Shown: positions 1 through 10,455, counted from the stretch's first letter. The stretch: DNA of 60,413 nt from an uncultured Erysipelotrichaceae bacterium (GCA_902767245.1 CACXGO010000021.1:1-60413); one strand, 5' to 3'. Notes: generated from the letters alone by a model not told the origin. A program made the numbers and translations.

Positions 1-59
1 ATCTCAATATGAGATGATATCTATCGTAAATGTTCGAAAAGTTCGAACAGAAACGTCAC

Positions 60-134
60 TGGAGCAAGTGAGCGGAATCGAACCGCCGTCTCAGCCTTGG
101 CAAGGCCGCATACTAACCGCTGTACTACACCTGC
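60..134 (-). tRNA. tRNA-Gly(GCC)
   Basis: Reverse complement GCAGGTGTAGTACAGCGGTTAGTATGCGGCCTTGCCAAGGCTGAGACGGCGGTTCGATTCCGCTCACTTGCTCCA folds as a cloverleaf; anticodon GCC, encoded CCA. Confidence 0.96.
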
Positions 135-146
135 AGTTTATAAAGA

Positions 147-220
147 TGGAGGAGCCAGTCGGATTTGAACCAACGATCAGGGAGTTGCAGTCCCACGCCT
201 TACCACTTGGCTATGGCTCC
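147..220 (-). tRNA. tRNA-Cys(GCA)
   Basis: Reverse complement GGAGCCATAGCCAAGTGGTAAGGCGTGGGACTGCAACTCCCTGATCGTTGGTTCAAATCCGACTGGCTCCTCCA; anticodon GCA, CCA end. Confidence 0.96.
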
Positions 221-313
221 GTCATGTATAAATTATAGCAAAACATTAAAAATATTGCAAGCAAAAATAATAAAAAATATAAATATATGATATAATCAAT
301 ATTGGTGGTACTA

Positions 314-2461
314 ATGACTGATAAAATTTATTCTAAAAGCGTTTTTAAAATAATTTTAGATCATACATTAACATTATTTAATATTTTAAATATTATCCTA
401 GCAGTTTTAATAATAATTTTTGATAGTCCAAAAAATTGCTTATTTATGGGTGTTGTTATATGCAATACTTTAATTGGAATATTACAAGAATTATATGCTA
501 GAAATATTTTAAAAAAACTAAATGTTTTAAATAAAACAAAATTTACTTTAAAAGATAATTCTATTAAATCAATTGAAGAAATTTGTATCTCTGATCATAT
601 TAAACTTAATATTGGTGATCAAATTGTATTTGATGGTATTGTTTCAGAAGGTGAAGTAAGTGTAGATGAATCATTTATTACTGGTGAACCAGATTATATA
701 GTAAAACATCAAGGAGATAAATTAATTCCAGGTTCATTTGTAGTCTCTGGAAGTGGGATTTTATTAGTAACTGCTATTGGCGAAGAAAATTATATTTACA
801 AAATAATGAATGAAGGTAAAAAAGTCAAAAAAATCGATTCAGAAATAGTAAAATCACTTAAAAAAATTATCAAAATTATTACTATAATTATTATTCCACT
901 TTCGATTTTAATATTTTTAAAGCAATATTATATTTTAGATTCAAAGGTAAATGTTGCAATAGTAAATACAGTAGCATCAATTCTATCGATGATTCCAGAA
1001 GGACTTATTCTATTAACAAGTACAGTAGCTGTATTATCTATTATTAAATTAAATAAATATCAAGTTTTAATTCAAAATTTATATGCAACTGAATTGCTTG
1101 CTAGAACCGAAGTAATTTGTTTTGATAAAACAGGAACTTTAACTACAGGAAACATAATTTTAGAAGGTGTAATTGAATTTGATTCAAAAACTAGTGAAAT
1201 ATTAACAGCAATTGCAACTAATTCAAAAGATAATAATAAGACAATGCTTGCTATTAAAGAGAAATATAGTGAGGAATCAACTAAAAAAATTGATAAAATT
1301 ATTCCTTTTGATTCCAAAAAGAAATATATGCAAATTACAATTGATAAAGTTACCTATCAACTAGGAGCGCCAATTAAAGAAACAAAAGAAGTAAGAAAAT
1401 ATCAAAAAGATTATCGTGTCTTAACACTATCAAAAGATGCAGAAATTCTTGCAATTTTGCTTTTTAAAGATGAACTCAGAAATAATATTGATGTAATAAT
1501 TGATGAATATAACAAATCCAATATAAAAGTTGTTGTAATTTCAGGGGATGATGCATCTACTGTTTCGGGAATTGCTGAAAAAGCTGGAATTATCGGTATA
1601 AAAACAGTTAATATGAACAGTTTAAAATCAATTGATTATGATAAACTTGTAAAGGAATATAACATTTTTGGCCGGGTAACTCCAGAACAAAAGCAAAAAT
1701 TAGTTGCAGCCTTAAAACTATATAGCACTGTTACATATGTAGGAGACGGCGTCAATGATGTTTTAGCTCTCAAAGAAGCAAATACATCAATAACCTTTGA
1801 AAATGCCTCAGAAGCCGCCAAAAGTGTCTCAGAAATAGTGCTTTTGAATAACGATTTTGAAGTTTTACCAAAAATTATCAAAGAAGGAAGAAGAATAACT
1901 AGTAATATTGAAAGAAGTGCTAGCTTATTCCTCTCTAAAACAATATATGCAATTCTTTTAACAATTATTTTTCTAATTGTTAGTGTCAAATATCCGTTTA
2001 TTCCAATTCAAATAACTTTAATAGGATCAATGACTATTGGAATACCTGGTTTTATATTATCTCTTGAAGCTTCTAATGATGACATTAATAAAGATTTTTT
2101 AGTGCGAGTTTTAAAAAAATCTTTACCAACAGCTTTAACAGTAGCAATTGCAACAATATTAATTTTAGCATTAAAAAATGTAACAAAATTAAGTATTCAA
2201 GAATTTACAACAATTTCGGTTTTAGTTGTTTCATTTATTGGTTTTATTAATTTATATCGTGTTTGTAAACCATTTACTAAACTTCGAAAATGCTTATTTA
2301 TAAGTTTAGGAATTATATTTTTATTGCAAGTTATATTTTTAAAAGATTTTTATAATTTAGCAACAATAAATTTGAAAATAGCATTAGGAACAATTCTTGA
2401 AGGAATATTAATGTTATTTGTTTATAGTTTTTTTGACAAACTTATTAAACGATATTTATAG
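314..2461 (+). CDS. P-type cation-transporting ATPase (CtpE-like)
   Basis: DKTGT phosphorylation motif, TGE, IPEG and GDGVND motifs, multiple TM segments; start moved to ATG 314 after GGTGG SD. Confidence 0.9.
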   Translation: MTDKIYSKSVFKIILDHTLTLFNILNIILAVLIIIFDSPKNCLFMGVVICNTLIGILQELYARNILKKLNVLNKTKFTLKDNSIKSIEEICISDHIKLNIGDQIVFDGIVSEGEVSVDESFITGEPDYIVKHQGDKLIPGSFVVSGSGILLVTAIGEENYIYKIMNEGKKVKKIDSEIVKSLKKIIKIITIIIIPLSILIFLKQYYILDSKVNVAIVNTVASILSMIPEGLILLTSTVAVLSIIKLNKYQVLIQNLYATELLARTEVICFDKTGTLTTGNIILEGVIEFDSKTSEILTAIATNSKDNNKTMLAIKEKYSEESTKKIDKIIPFDSKKKYMQITIDKVTYQLGAPIKETKEVRKYQKDYRVLTLSKDAEILAILLFKDELRNNIDVIIDEYNKSNIKVVVISGDDASTVSGIAEKAGIIGIKTVNMNSLKSIDYDKLVKEYNIFGRVTPEQKQKLVAALKLYSTVTYVGDGVNDVLALKEANTSITFENASEAAKSVSEIVLLNNDFEVLPKIIKEGRRITSNIERSASLFLSKTIYAILLTIIFLIVSVKYPFIPIQITLIGSMTIGIPGFILSLEASNDDINKDFLVRVLKKSLPTALTVAIATILILALKNVTKLSIQEFTTISVLVVSFIGFINLYRVCKPFTKLRKCLFISLGIIFLLQVIFLKDFYNLATINLKIALGTILEGILMLFVYSFFDKLIKRYL

Positions 2462-2482
2462 GAACATTATTGTTCCTTTTTA

Positions 2483-2512
2483 TTTACGCAAAACATTTGT
2501 TTGTGTTAAAAT
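2483..2512 (+). promoter_or_regulatory. Putative sigma-A promoter of dinB with LexA/DinR-like box AAACATTTGTTT (2491-2502)
   Basis: TTTACG...TG-n-TAAAAT with a GAAC-N4-GTTC-like dyad in the spacer, upstream of a Y-family polymerase. Confidence 0.5.
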
Positions 2513-2528
2513 ATTATTGGTGGAATAT

Positions 2529-3704
2529 ATGGAAAGAATAATTATGCATATAGATGTAAATAACGCTTTTTTATCTTGGAGTGCCATTGATTTATTAAAT
2601 AAAGGCTCTAAATATGATATAAGAAATAGTTATGCCGTTATTGGTGGCGATGAAAAAGCAAGAAGAGGGATAGTTTTAGCTAAGTCAATGCCAGCTAAAA
2701 GGCAAGGGGTAGTAACAGCTGAAACTCTTTTCCAAGCCAAGAAAAAATGCCCGGCTTTAAGAATATATCCGCCTAATTTTGAATTTTACCATATGATGTC
2801 AAATAAAATGTTTGATATTCTTTACAAATATACACCAGATATTGAAATAGCTAGTATTGATGAATGTTATTTAGATTACGGCAAAATAAAAAAAATAAAT
2901 GGAAATGAAATAGAATTTGCTTATAAAATTCAAAAAGAAATATATGATACATTAGGATTTACCGTTAATGTTGGAATTGCTAATAATAAATTATGTGCTA
3001 AAATGGCCTCAGATTTTTCTAAGCCAAATAAAGTTCATACTTTATTTAATAATGAAATAGAAGAAAAAATGTATCCATTACCAATTGGTGATTTATTTGG
3101 TGTTGGTAAAAAAACAGCTGCGATTTTAAAAGAAATGGGCATTTTAACCATAGGTGATTTAGCAAATGCTTCATATGATGAATTAAAAAAAACTTTTAAA
3201 AATCAAACTGACTATTTAATAAATAGTGCTAAAGGAATCGATAATAGTGAAGTAATTAGCTTTAAAGTCGACCCAAAATGTATAAGTACTACTGAAACTT
3301 TACCGAATGATGCCCACAATTTGTCCGAAATAAAAGATTTATTAAAAGAACAAGCTGAAAAATTAGGACTTGAACTCAGAAAAGAAGAAAAATATGCTTA
3401 TGTAATAGCAGCCATATTAAAAAATAAAGATTTTCAAAGTATATCAAAACAAACAAAACTTTTAAATCCAACAAATATTTCAAAAGAAATATATAATATT
3501 GCTTTAAAACAAATGGAACAAATTTGGGATAAAAATGGTGTTCGTTTAATTGGAATTAGACTTTCAAATCTAGTTTCAAACTATTATTTTCAAGCATCAA
3601 TGTTTGACAATAATATAGAAGTTAATGAAAAAAAAGAAAAATTGGAAAAAACAATTGATCATTTAAAAGAAAAATATGGAATAGAAAAAATAAATAATTT
3701 TTAA
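2529..3704 (+). CDS. dinB: DNA polymerase IV (Y family)
   Basis: HIDVNNAF, SIDECYLD, AKMASD..KP motifs; start refined to ATG 2529. Confidence 0.93.
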   Translation: MERIIMHIDVNNAFLSWSAIDLLNKGSKYDIRNSYAVIGGDEKARRGIVLAKSMPAKRQGVVTAETLFQAKKKCPALRIYPPNFEFYHMMSNKMFDILYKYTPDIEIASIDECYLDYGKIKKINGNEIEFAYKIQKEIYDTLGFTVNVGIANNKLCAKMASDFSKPNKVHTLFNNEIEEKMYPLPIGDLFGVGKKTAAILKEMGILTIGDLANASYDELKKTFKNQTDYLINSAKGIDNSEVISFKVDPKCISTTETLPNDAHNLSEIKDLLKEQAEKLGLELRKEEKYAYVIAAILKNKDFQSISKQTKLLNPTNISKEIYNIALKQMEQIWDKNGVRLIGIRLSNLVSNYYFQASMFDNNIEVNEKKEKLEKTIDHLKEKYGIEKINNF

Positions 3705-3780
3705 TTTTATTTTCTAAACTATAATTAATATAAAAAACTTTAAATTTTTGTTATAATATTTAAAGAATTGGAGAATTTTT

Positions 3781-5925
3781 ATGAATGAATTATTAATTAA
3801 AGAAATAAGTAACGAACTAAATATTAAAATAAATCAAATAGAAGCCGTTTTAAAACTTTTAAGTGAAGGTGCAACAATTCCTTTTATTGCAAGATATAGA
3901 AAAGAAGCAACTGGAGCATTAGATGAAGAACAAATACGAAAAATAAATGATGTTTATGAGTATCAAGAAAATCTTCTTAAAAGAAAAGAAGATGTAATTC
4001 GTTTAATTGATGAAAAAGGACTATTAACTGAAGAACTTAAAAATCAAATAATGGCAGCCGAAAAATTAGTTGAAGTTGAAGATTTATATCGTCCATATAA
4101 GGAAAAAAAGAAGACAAAAGCAACTGACGCTATTAATAATGGTTTAGAACCACTTGCTAAAATGATGATGTCTTTTCCAATTAAAGGAGATATTAATTCA
4201 TTAGCAAGCAAGTTTGTAAATGAAAAAGTAAAATCAGTTGAAGAAGCTATTGAAGGTGCTAAATATATTATTGCTGAATATATAAGTGATAATGCATATT
4301 TTAGGAAGTCAATTCGCTCATTTATTTATAAAAATGGCTTGATTGTAACAAAAAAGAAGAAAAATGATTTAGATTTAGAAAAAGTTTATGAAATATATTA
4401 TGACTATAATGAACCAATAAAATATATAAAACCTCATCGCATTTTAGCATTTAATCGTGCCGAAAAAGAAGATGTTATTTCCGTTAATATAAAAGTTGAA
4501 GATGAAAAAATAATTGAATATTTAAAAAGTAAAATTATTAAAAATTCTGAATCTTTCGTATCTGAATATGTAATCGATGCTATAAATGATTCATATAAAA
4601 GGCTTATATTTCCATCAATTGAACGCGAAATTAGAAGTGATTTAACTGATAAAGCAAGCGAAGTTGCAATTGAAAACTTCAGCAATAATTTAGAAAAGCT
4701 TTTAATGACACCACCAATGAAAGATAAAATGGTTTTAGGCTTAGATCCTGCATATAGAACTGGTTGTAAACTTGCTGTTATTGATAAAACTGGTAAAAAA
4801 TTAGATATAAAAGTTATATATCCACATGAACCACATAATAAAAAAGAAGAAGCTAAAAAAATTGTTTTAGATTTAATTGATAAATATAATATTGATATTA
4901 TAGCAATTGGTAATGGAACAGCATCCAGAGAATCAGAAAGTTTTATTGCAGAAACAATTAAGGATGCTAAAAGAAAAGTTGAATATATCATTGTAAGTGA
5001 AGCTGGAGCTTCAGTTTATTCAGCATCAAAACTTGCAATTGAAGAATTTCCAAACCTTCATGTAGAAGAAAGAAGTGCTATAAGCATTGCAAGACGACTT
5101 CAAGATCCATTAGCAGAACTTGTTAAAATTGATCCCGAAAGCATTGGAGTAGGATTATATCAGCATGATATTCAAGGAAAAAGACTAGATGAATCACTTG
5201 ATTTTGTTGTTTTAAAAGCCGTAAATAATGTTGGAGTTAATGTTAATACAGCAAGTCCATTTTTACTTAAATATGTTTCTGGTTTAAATAAAAAAAATAT
5301 TGACAAAATAATTGAATATCGTGAAAAAACTGGAAAAATTTTAGAAAGAGAAGAATTAAAAAAGAAAAAAATCTTAACTGATAAAACCTATGAGCAAGCA
5401 ATAGGATTCTTAAGAGTTACTGAAGGAAAAAATCCGTTAGATGTTACGGGAATTCACCCTGAAAGTTATAGTATTGCTTTAAAGCTACTTGATATAATTG
5501 GTTGTACTTTAACTGATTTAGGTAGTGAAAAAATTAAAGAAAAACTAAATTTAGATCTTAATAAATTAAAAGATGAATTAAATACTGATATTTATACCTT
5601 AGAAGATATCATAAAAGCTTTAAAAATGCCTTTAAGAGATCCTAGGGATGATATGCCACATCCAATTCTTCGAAGTGATATATTACATTTAGAAGATTTA
5701 AAGGTTGGAATGAAATTAGAAGGAACAGTTCGAAATGTTGTTGATTTTGGAGCTTTTGTTGATATTGGTCTTAAAAATGATGGGTTGATTCATATTTCCA
5801 ATATGGCAGATAAATATATAAAACATCCAAGCGAAATTTTAAATGTAGGCGATATTATTGAAGTATATGTTAAAGAAATATTTTTAGATAAAAAGAAAGT
5901 TGCTTTATCATTAAAGGAGATATAA
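3781..5925 (+). CDS. tex: Tex/YhgF transcription accessory protein
   Basis: GATIPFIARYRKE, LDPAYRTGCK, SIGVGLYQHD, C-terminal S1 domain (VRNVVDFGAFVDIG). Confidence 0.95.
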   Translation: MNELLIKEISNELNIKINQIEAVLKLLSEGATIPFIARYRKEATGALDEEQIRKINDVYEYQENLLKRKEDVIRLIDEKGLLTEELKNQIMAAEKLVEVEDLYRPYKEKKKTKATDAINNGLEPLAKMMMSFPIKGDINSLASKFVNEKVKSVEEAIEGAKYIIAEYISDNAYFRKSIRSFIYKNGLIVTKKKKNDLDLEKVYEIYYDYNEPIKYIKPHRILAFNRAEKEDVISVNIKVEDEKIIEYLKSKIIKNSESFVSEYVIDAINDSYKRLIFPSIEREIRSDLTDKASEVAIENFSNNLEKLLMTPPMKDKMVLGLDPAYRTGCKLAVIDKTGKKLDIKVIYPHEPHNKKEEAKKIVLDLIDKYNIDIIAIGNGTASRESESFIAETIKDAKRKVEYIIVSEAGASVYSASKLAIEEFPNLHVEERSAISIARRLQDPLAELVKIDPESIGVGLYQHDIQGKRLDESLDFVVLKAVNNVGVNVNTASPFLLKYVSGLNKKNIDKIIEYREKTGKILEREELKKKKILTDKTYEQAIGFLRVTEGKNPLDVTGIHPESYSIALKLLDIIGCTLTDLGSEKIKEKLNLDLNKLKDELNTDIYTLEDIIKALKMPLRDPRDDMPHPILRSDILHLEDLKVGMKLEGTVRNVVDFGAFVDIGLKNDGLIHISNMADKYIKHPSEILNVGDIIEVYVKEIFLDKKKVALSLKEI

Positions 5926-6537
5926 ATGAATAAAAAGTTATTAAAAAAAACATTGTTTATTATTCTTTTTTTAGTTTTTATTGTTATTTTATATTTGGTT
6001 TTAAAATATGATTCAAATATATTTGATACTAAAGGTTATAATTTAGTTTCAAATTATATAAATAACACAAATACTAGAATTGCTAAAATTTTTACTTTTT
6101 TAGGAAGTACATTATTTATAACAATTCTATGTATTTTAAGCTTACTTTTTAAAAAATATCGTATTTCAATAATATCTAATACTTTAATTGTAGTTGGAAT
6201 TAGCCAAGCTTTAAAATTTATTGTAAGAAGAAATAGACCAATCGGAATAGCTTTAATTGATGAAACCGGCTTTAGTTTTCCAAGTGGGCATTCAATGGTT
6301 AGCTGTGCTTTTTATGGCTTTATTATTTATTTAATTTACAAATCAAAATTAAGAAAATCCTTAAAAATATCTTTAATGGTATTGTTTTCTTTAATAATCA
6401 TTAATATTGGCTTAAGTAGAATATATTTAGGTGTACACTACACAACTGATGTTTTTGCTGGTTTTACACTTGCTTTGATTCATTTAATTTTATTTATTGA
6501 ATTAATTTATAAAAAGTACATTTTAAAAGAGAAGTAA
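5926..6537 (+). CDS. PAP2-family membrane phosphatase
   Basis: K..VRRNRP, SFPSGH and SRIYLGVHY motifs; TM helices. Confidence 0.9.
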   Translation: MNKKLLKKTLFIILFLVFIVILYLVLKYDSNIFDTKGYNLVSNYINNTNTRIAKIFTFLGSTLFITILCILSLLFKKYRISIISNTLIVVGISQALKFIVRRNRPIGIALIDETGFSFPSGHSMVSCAFYGFIIYLIYKSKLRKSLKISLMVLFSLIIINIGLSRIYLGVHYTTDVFAGFTLALIHLILFIELIYKKYILKEK

Positions 6538-6547
6538 TTCTCTTTTT
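6523..6547 (+). terminator. Intrinsic terminator, copy 1 of 25-bp repeat TTAAAAGAGAAGTAATTCTCTTTTT
   Basis: AAAAGAGAA/TTCTCTTTT hairpin plus T-run overlapping the stop codon. Confidence 0.7.
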
Positions 6548-6586
6548 CATGTGATATAATTGATATATAAACAGGTGGTGATAATA

Positions 6587-9133
6587 ATGGAAGAAAAAAT
6601 TGAAAAATTATATCAAGAATATTTAAAAGAAAAGCTTGATTTAATATTTAATGGTGACAAGGACATCACAAATTCAAATAATTTAAGATATTCTGTTGTT
6701 AAATTACAAAATGGCACTTACTTTGAAAAGATAGTAAGAAATGGTAAAAATAATTTTATAGATACTAATGGGAAACTAATAAGTAAAGAAGGCTTTGATT
6801 TTGCATATGATTTTAAAAATGGTTATGCAAGAGTAGAAAAGAATGGTAAGTGTAATTTTATAGATACCAACGGAAAATTTGTAAGTAAAGAATGGTTTGA
6901 TGGTGTTAGAGACTTTGAAAATGGTTGCGCAATGGTCATAGAGTCAAATAGGTTCAGTCGGAATAGCAAAAAGAATTTTATAGATATTAATGGGAAACTA
7001 ATAAGCAAAGAATGGTTTGATGAAGCTGAAAATTTTGAAAATGGTTATGCAAGAGTAGAAAAGAATGGTAAGTGTAATTTTATAGATACCAACGGAAAAT
7101 TTGTAAGTAAAGAATGGTTTGATAATGTATGGAATTTTAGAAATGGCTATGCATTAATAAAGAAGAAACTTAAATATAATCTTATAGATATCAACGGGGA
7201 AGTAATTAGCGAAGAATGGTTTGATTTTGCTTCAAATTTTGAAAATGGATATGCTGCAGTTAGTGAAGAATATAAATGGAATTTCATAAATATTAATGGG
7301 GAATTAATAAGCAAAGAATGGTTCGCTAGTGTAGAAAGTTTTAAAAATGGTTATTCGATAGTTGAAAAGGATGGTAAATATAATTTAATAAATTCTAATG
7401 GAAAACTAGTAAGTGATGAATGGTATGATTATGCAAAAAATTTTGAAAATGGATATGCTGCAGTTAGAGAAGAATATAAATGGAATTTCATAAATATTAA
7501 TGGGGAATTAATAAGCAAAGAATGGTTCGCTAGTGTAGAGAGTTTTAAAAATGGTTATGCAAGAGTAGAAAAGAATGATAAGTGTAATTTTATAGATACC
7601 AACGGAAAATTTGTAAGTAAAGAATGGTTTGATTTTGCTTCAAATTTTGAAAATGGATATGCTGTAGTTGGAAAAGATGGCAAGTGTAATATTATAGATA
7701 CCAACGGAAATCTTGTATGTGAAGAATGGTATGACGATATAGAGGGTCTTGAGAACGACTATATAAAAGTATACAAAGATGATAAATGGAATTTTATCGA
7801 CACAAACGGAAAATTAATAAATGAAAATGAGTGGTATGATAATGTAGAGGATTTTAAAAATGGATATGCAAAAGTCAAGAAAGATGGAAAATTTAATTTT
7901 ATTAATAAAAACGGAAAAATAATAAGTGAAGAATGGTATAATTACGCAGAAAATTTTACAAATAGTGGTTTTGCACTTGTTAAAAAAATTAAATTGAATA
8001 ATAAATGTAACATAATAAATGTTAATGGAAAATTAGTAAGTGAAAAGTGGAGCAAGAACACTTCATTTAGATCAATTTCTCCTAATTTTGTAATATTTGA
8101 TGGCGAAGCAATATGTTCATATATAAATATGCAAGAATATAAGGTTAGAAGAACGCTTACAGGTTATCAATGCAGTAGTTCAAAATTTAATGATAAATAT
8201 AATGTTAAATATAAACCAATAAAAAGATTTGGTTTAAGATATACATTATGTTTAAATAAAGAAATGATATGGCTATATGATAGAAATAACGATAGCTATC
8301 AAAATATGGGAACTGCCTATGACATTGAGTACGATGATAATTTTATCTTCAATAAAATAAATAAAAAAATATACTTAATATATGAAAACCAAATGATTGA
8401 TATTACAGAATATTATAATGAAGAACTAAAAGATAAAAAAGAAATAAGTATTAGTAAAGGTGTAACCAATATACTTTCAAGAGAAGAATTTTCTTTTAAA
8501 AATATGCAAGAAATAGATAGATTAATGCAAGAAGAAAAAGAAAGAAACAAAATTATAAAAGAAGCTCAAGAAAAAGAAAAGAAAGTTGAGGAATTTAAAA
8601 AAATACAAGAAAAAGAGAATAAAACTGAAGTTGCAAGAAAAGAAGCAAGACAAAAAGCACTAAAACAATTAGAAGAGACTTTAACAATGCTACAACAAAT
8701 TGATACTTCTAAAGATAAGACACAAAAAATAAGATATGATAATATTTTTGTGCAAGTAGAAGATCATTTAGAAATTCCACCAATTACATTAAATGTATTA
8801 AGATATATAGATTTAAGTGCTATAAAGTTTGATAATGTTAAAGTTGAAGGCATAGATTTCAGAAGTTGCAATATTGATTTACTAAATCCTCAAAACGTCT
8901 ATCAAAGAAGTTTAAGAAATTGCAATTTTGAAGGAATATTTATAAAACCTTTTAGTAATTATACTGATGTTGATATAAGAGGATGTGCTTTTAGTGTAGA
9001 TAATGATTCAACAACATTAGATGTATTTAATCAGACATTTAAAGATGCAATATATGATGAAACAACAACATATAATGGTATAAGCTTTGTAAAGATATTT
9101 GGTGAACGCGCTAAAGTTAAAAGTATTAATTAA
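6587..9133 (+). CDS. WG-repeat (KWG-like) protein with coiled coil and pentapeptide-like C-terminal domain
   Basis: About 13 repeats of ~34 aa (F.NGYA.V..NGK.NFID.NGK...EW), an E/K-rich coiled coil, then IDFRSCNI/CNFEG/DIRGCAF; no signal peptide; start refined to ATG 6587. Confidence 0.8.
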   Translation: MEEKIEKLYQEYLKEKLDLIFNGDKDITNSNNLRYSVVKLQNGTYFEKIVRNGKNNFIDTNGKLISKEGFDFAYDFKNGYARVEKNGKCNFIDTNGKFVSKEWFDGVRDFENGCAMVIESNRFSRNSKKNFIDINGKLISKEWFDEAENFENGYARVEKNGKCNFIDTNGKFVSKEWFDNVWNFRNGYALIKKKLKYNLIDINGEVISEEWFDFASNFENGYAAVSEEYKWNFININGELISKEWFASVESFKNGYSIVEKDGKYNLINSNGKLVSDEWYDYAKNFENGYAAVREEYKWNFININGELISKEWFASVESFKNGYARVEKNDKCNFIDTNGKFVSKEWFDFASNFENGYAVVGKDGKCNIIDTNGNLVCEEWYDDIEGLENDYIKVYKDDKWNFIDTNGKLINENEWYDNVEDFKNGYAKVKKDGKFNFINKNGKIISEEWYNYAENFTNSGFALVKKIKLNNKCNIINVNGKLVSEKWSKNTSFRSISPNFVIFDGEAICSYINMQEYKVRRTLTGYQCSSSKFNDKYNVKYKPIKRFGLRYTLCLNKEMIWLYDRNNDSYQNMGTAYDIEYDDNFIFNKINKKIYLIYENQMIDITEYYNEELKDKKEISISKGVTNILSREEFSFKNMQEIDRLMQEEKERNKIIKEAQEKEKKVEEFKKIQEKENKTEVARKEARQKALKQLEETLTMLQQIDTSKDKTQKIRYDNIFVQVEDHLEIPPITLNVLRYIDLSAIKFDNVKVEGIDFRSCNIDLLNPQNVYQRSLRNCNFEGIFIKPFSNYTDVDIRGCAFSVDNDSTTLDVFNQTFKDAIYDETTTYNGISFVKIFGERAKVKSIN
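6811..7664 (+). repeat. Near-identical internal DNA repeats in the WG-repeat gene
   Basis: A ~90-bp block at ~6811, ~7033 and ~7543, and a ~115-bp block at ~7237 and ~7441, differ by only a few bases. Confidence 0.85.
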
Positions 9134-9144
9134 TATTAAGGACT

Positions 9145-9169
9145 TTAAGAAAGAAGTAATTCTCTTTTT
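9145..9169 (+). terminator. Intrinsic terminator, copy 2 of the 25-bp repeat (2 mismatches)
   Basis: TTAAGAAAGAAGTAATTCTCTTTTT. Confidence 0.65.
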
Positions 9170-9277
9170 TATATGAAATTTAATAATTTGTAAAATAAAA
9201 ATTTTTGTGATAATATAACTGCAAAAAAGAAGCTTATTATAGAAGTAACTTTTAAAAGAAAGGGAGGGTGGCCCTAG

Positions 9278-10375
9278 ATGATAAAAATAGATAATTTTAA
9301 TGGTAAAATCATTAAAAACGTAATTCAAAGCTATAAGTTTAGTTATAACACAAAAATGCGCACTGTTACTATTGCAGATTTACACGGATATACTAATAAT
9401 TCAAAAAGAGCAACAAGATTAGCTGAAACTATAAAAAAACAAGCACCTAATTTTATATTTATTGCTGGTGATATATTTCATGGTGGAACACCTTGGGAAG
9501 GTGGCAGAAAACTAAAATTATTTAGAAATTTTATTGACAATATATCTGAAGTTGCACCTGTATTTATAACATGGGGTAATCATGATTTAAGAAAAATGAC
9601 GCCTGATAACAAAAATATAAGAATTGATAACTTAAATAAACTTGAAAATGTTAGACCAGGCCAAATATATCCACTATATAACGATAGAGTTGTTGTAAAC
9701 GGAATGGAAATAATTGGCTATGTTCCAAGTTTTGATATAATTGAAGGCTCAATGAAAGATCATTTTCTTGGAGTTCCAATTCAATTACATGGTATTGCTC
9801 ATGATAAATTTATTCAAGAATATGAAGAAAAAGGTGTTAAATTTGAACATCCAGAGCTTGTAACAACCTATTTAGGTCACGATCCACACTTAATTGCTGT
9901 ATCTGAAAACGGAATTGGTTTAGGCAGTTTATCATCTTGCGACTATTTCATAGCAGGTCATTTACATGATGGCTATAAGTTGATATTAAACGCTTTAGGC
10001 TTAGGAAAACTTGAATCACTTAAATATGATCAAGGTTGGACTGCACAACCATCAGTAGTTGATAAAAATGGCAAAATCATTAAAAGAAATTTTATTTTGG
10101 GTAAAACAAATCTATGCCGTGGTATTGTTTATTTTGATGATAGAGCCCAACAAAAAATATGGCAATCACCAGACAGTAAATTTTATAAAAATATTGCTAT
10201 TGGTGATAATAACCAAATTTGGAGTCCAATATTAGAAGAAATAGCGCGTGCTGAAATATTGAATAATAAACTACATTTTATGCTTATTTCAGAAGGTATT
10301 GCTCCAGGATTTGCATCAAACGAAAAACTTGCAACAATAAATGTTGTCGATTTTGAGGGAGTTAAAAAAAGATAA
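9278..10375 (+). CDS. Calcineurin-like metallophosphoesterase
   Basis: DLH, GD, GNHD, HDP and GHLH motifs. Confidence 0.85.
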   Translation: MIKIDNFNGKIIKNVIQSYKFSYNTKMRTVTIADLHGYTNNSKRATRLAETIKKQAPNFIFIAGDIFHGGTPWEGGRKLKLFRNFIDNISEVAPVFITWGNHDLRKMTPDNKNIRIDNLNKLENVRPGQIYPLYNDRVVVNGMEIIGYVPSFDIIEGSMKDHFLGVPIQLHGIAHDKFIQEYEEKGVKFEHPELVTTYLGHDPHLIAVSENGIGLGSLSSCDYFIAGHLHDGYKLILNALGLGKLESLKYDQGWTAQPSVVDKNGKIIKRNFILGKTNLCRGIVYFDDRAQQKIWQSPDSKFYKNIAIGDNNQIWSPILEEIARAEILNNKLHFMLISEGIAPGFASNEKLATINVVDFEGVKKR

Positions 10376-10455
10376 ATTTAAAGGATATATTTTATATATG
10401 TCCTTTTTTAATTGTATTAAATAAACTTTTGTATTATAATTATTATGGTGATAAT

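Noticed and set aside
1-49. Two small inverted repeats (ATCTCA/TGAGAT; TGTTCGAA/TTCGAACA) downstream of tRNA-Gly as a possible element boundary
   Set aside because: At the window edge, with no integrase or duplicated tRNA 3' end visible; cannot be supported
14-238. 74-aa ORF on the + strand
   Set aside because: Antisense shadow of tRNA-Gly and tRNA-Cys
2460-2481. GAAC-N6-GTTC as an SOS box
   Set aside because: Spacing is wrong; better explained as the ATPase terminator hairpin with a T-run
6811-7664. Repeats as a CRISPR array or DGR template/variable repeat
   Set aside because: In-frame coding repeats without unique spacers; no cas genes or reverse transcriptase in the window
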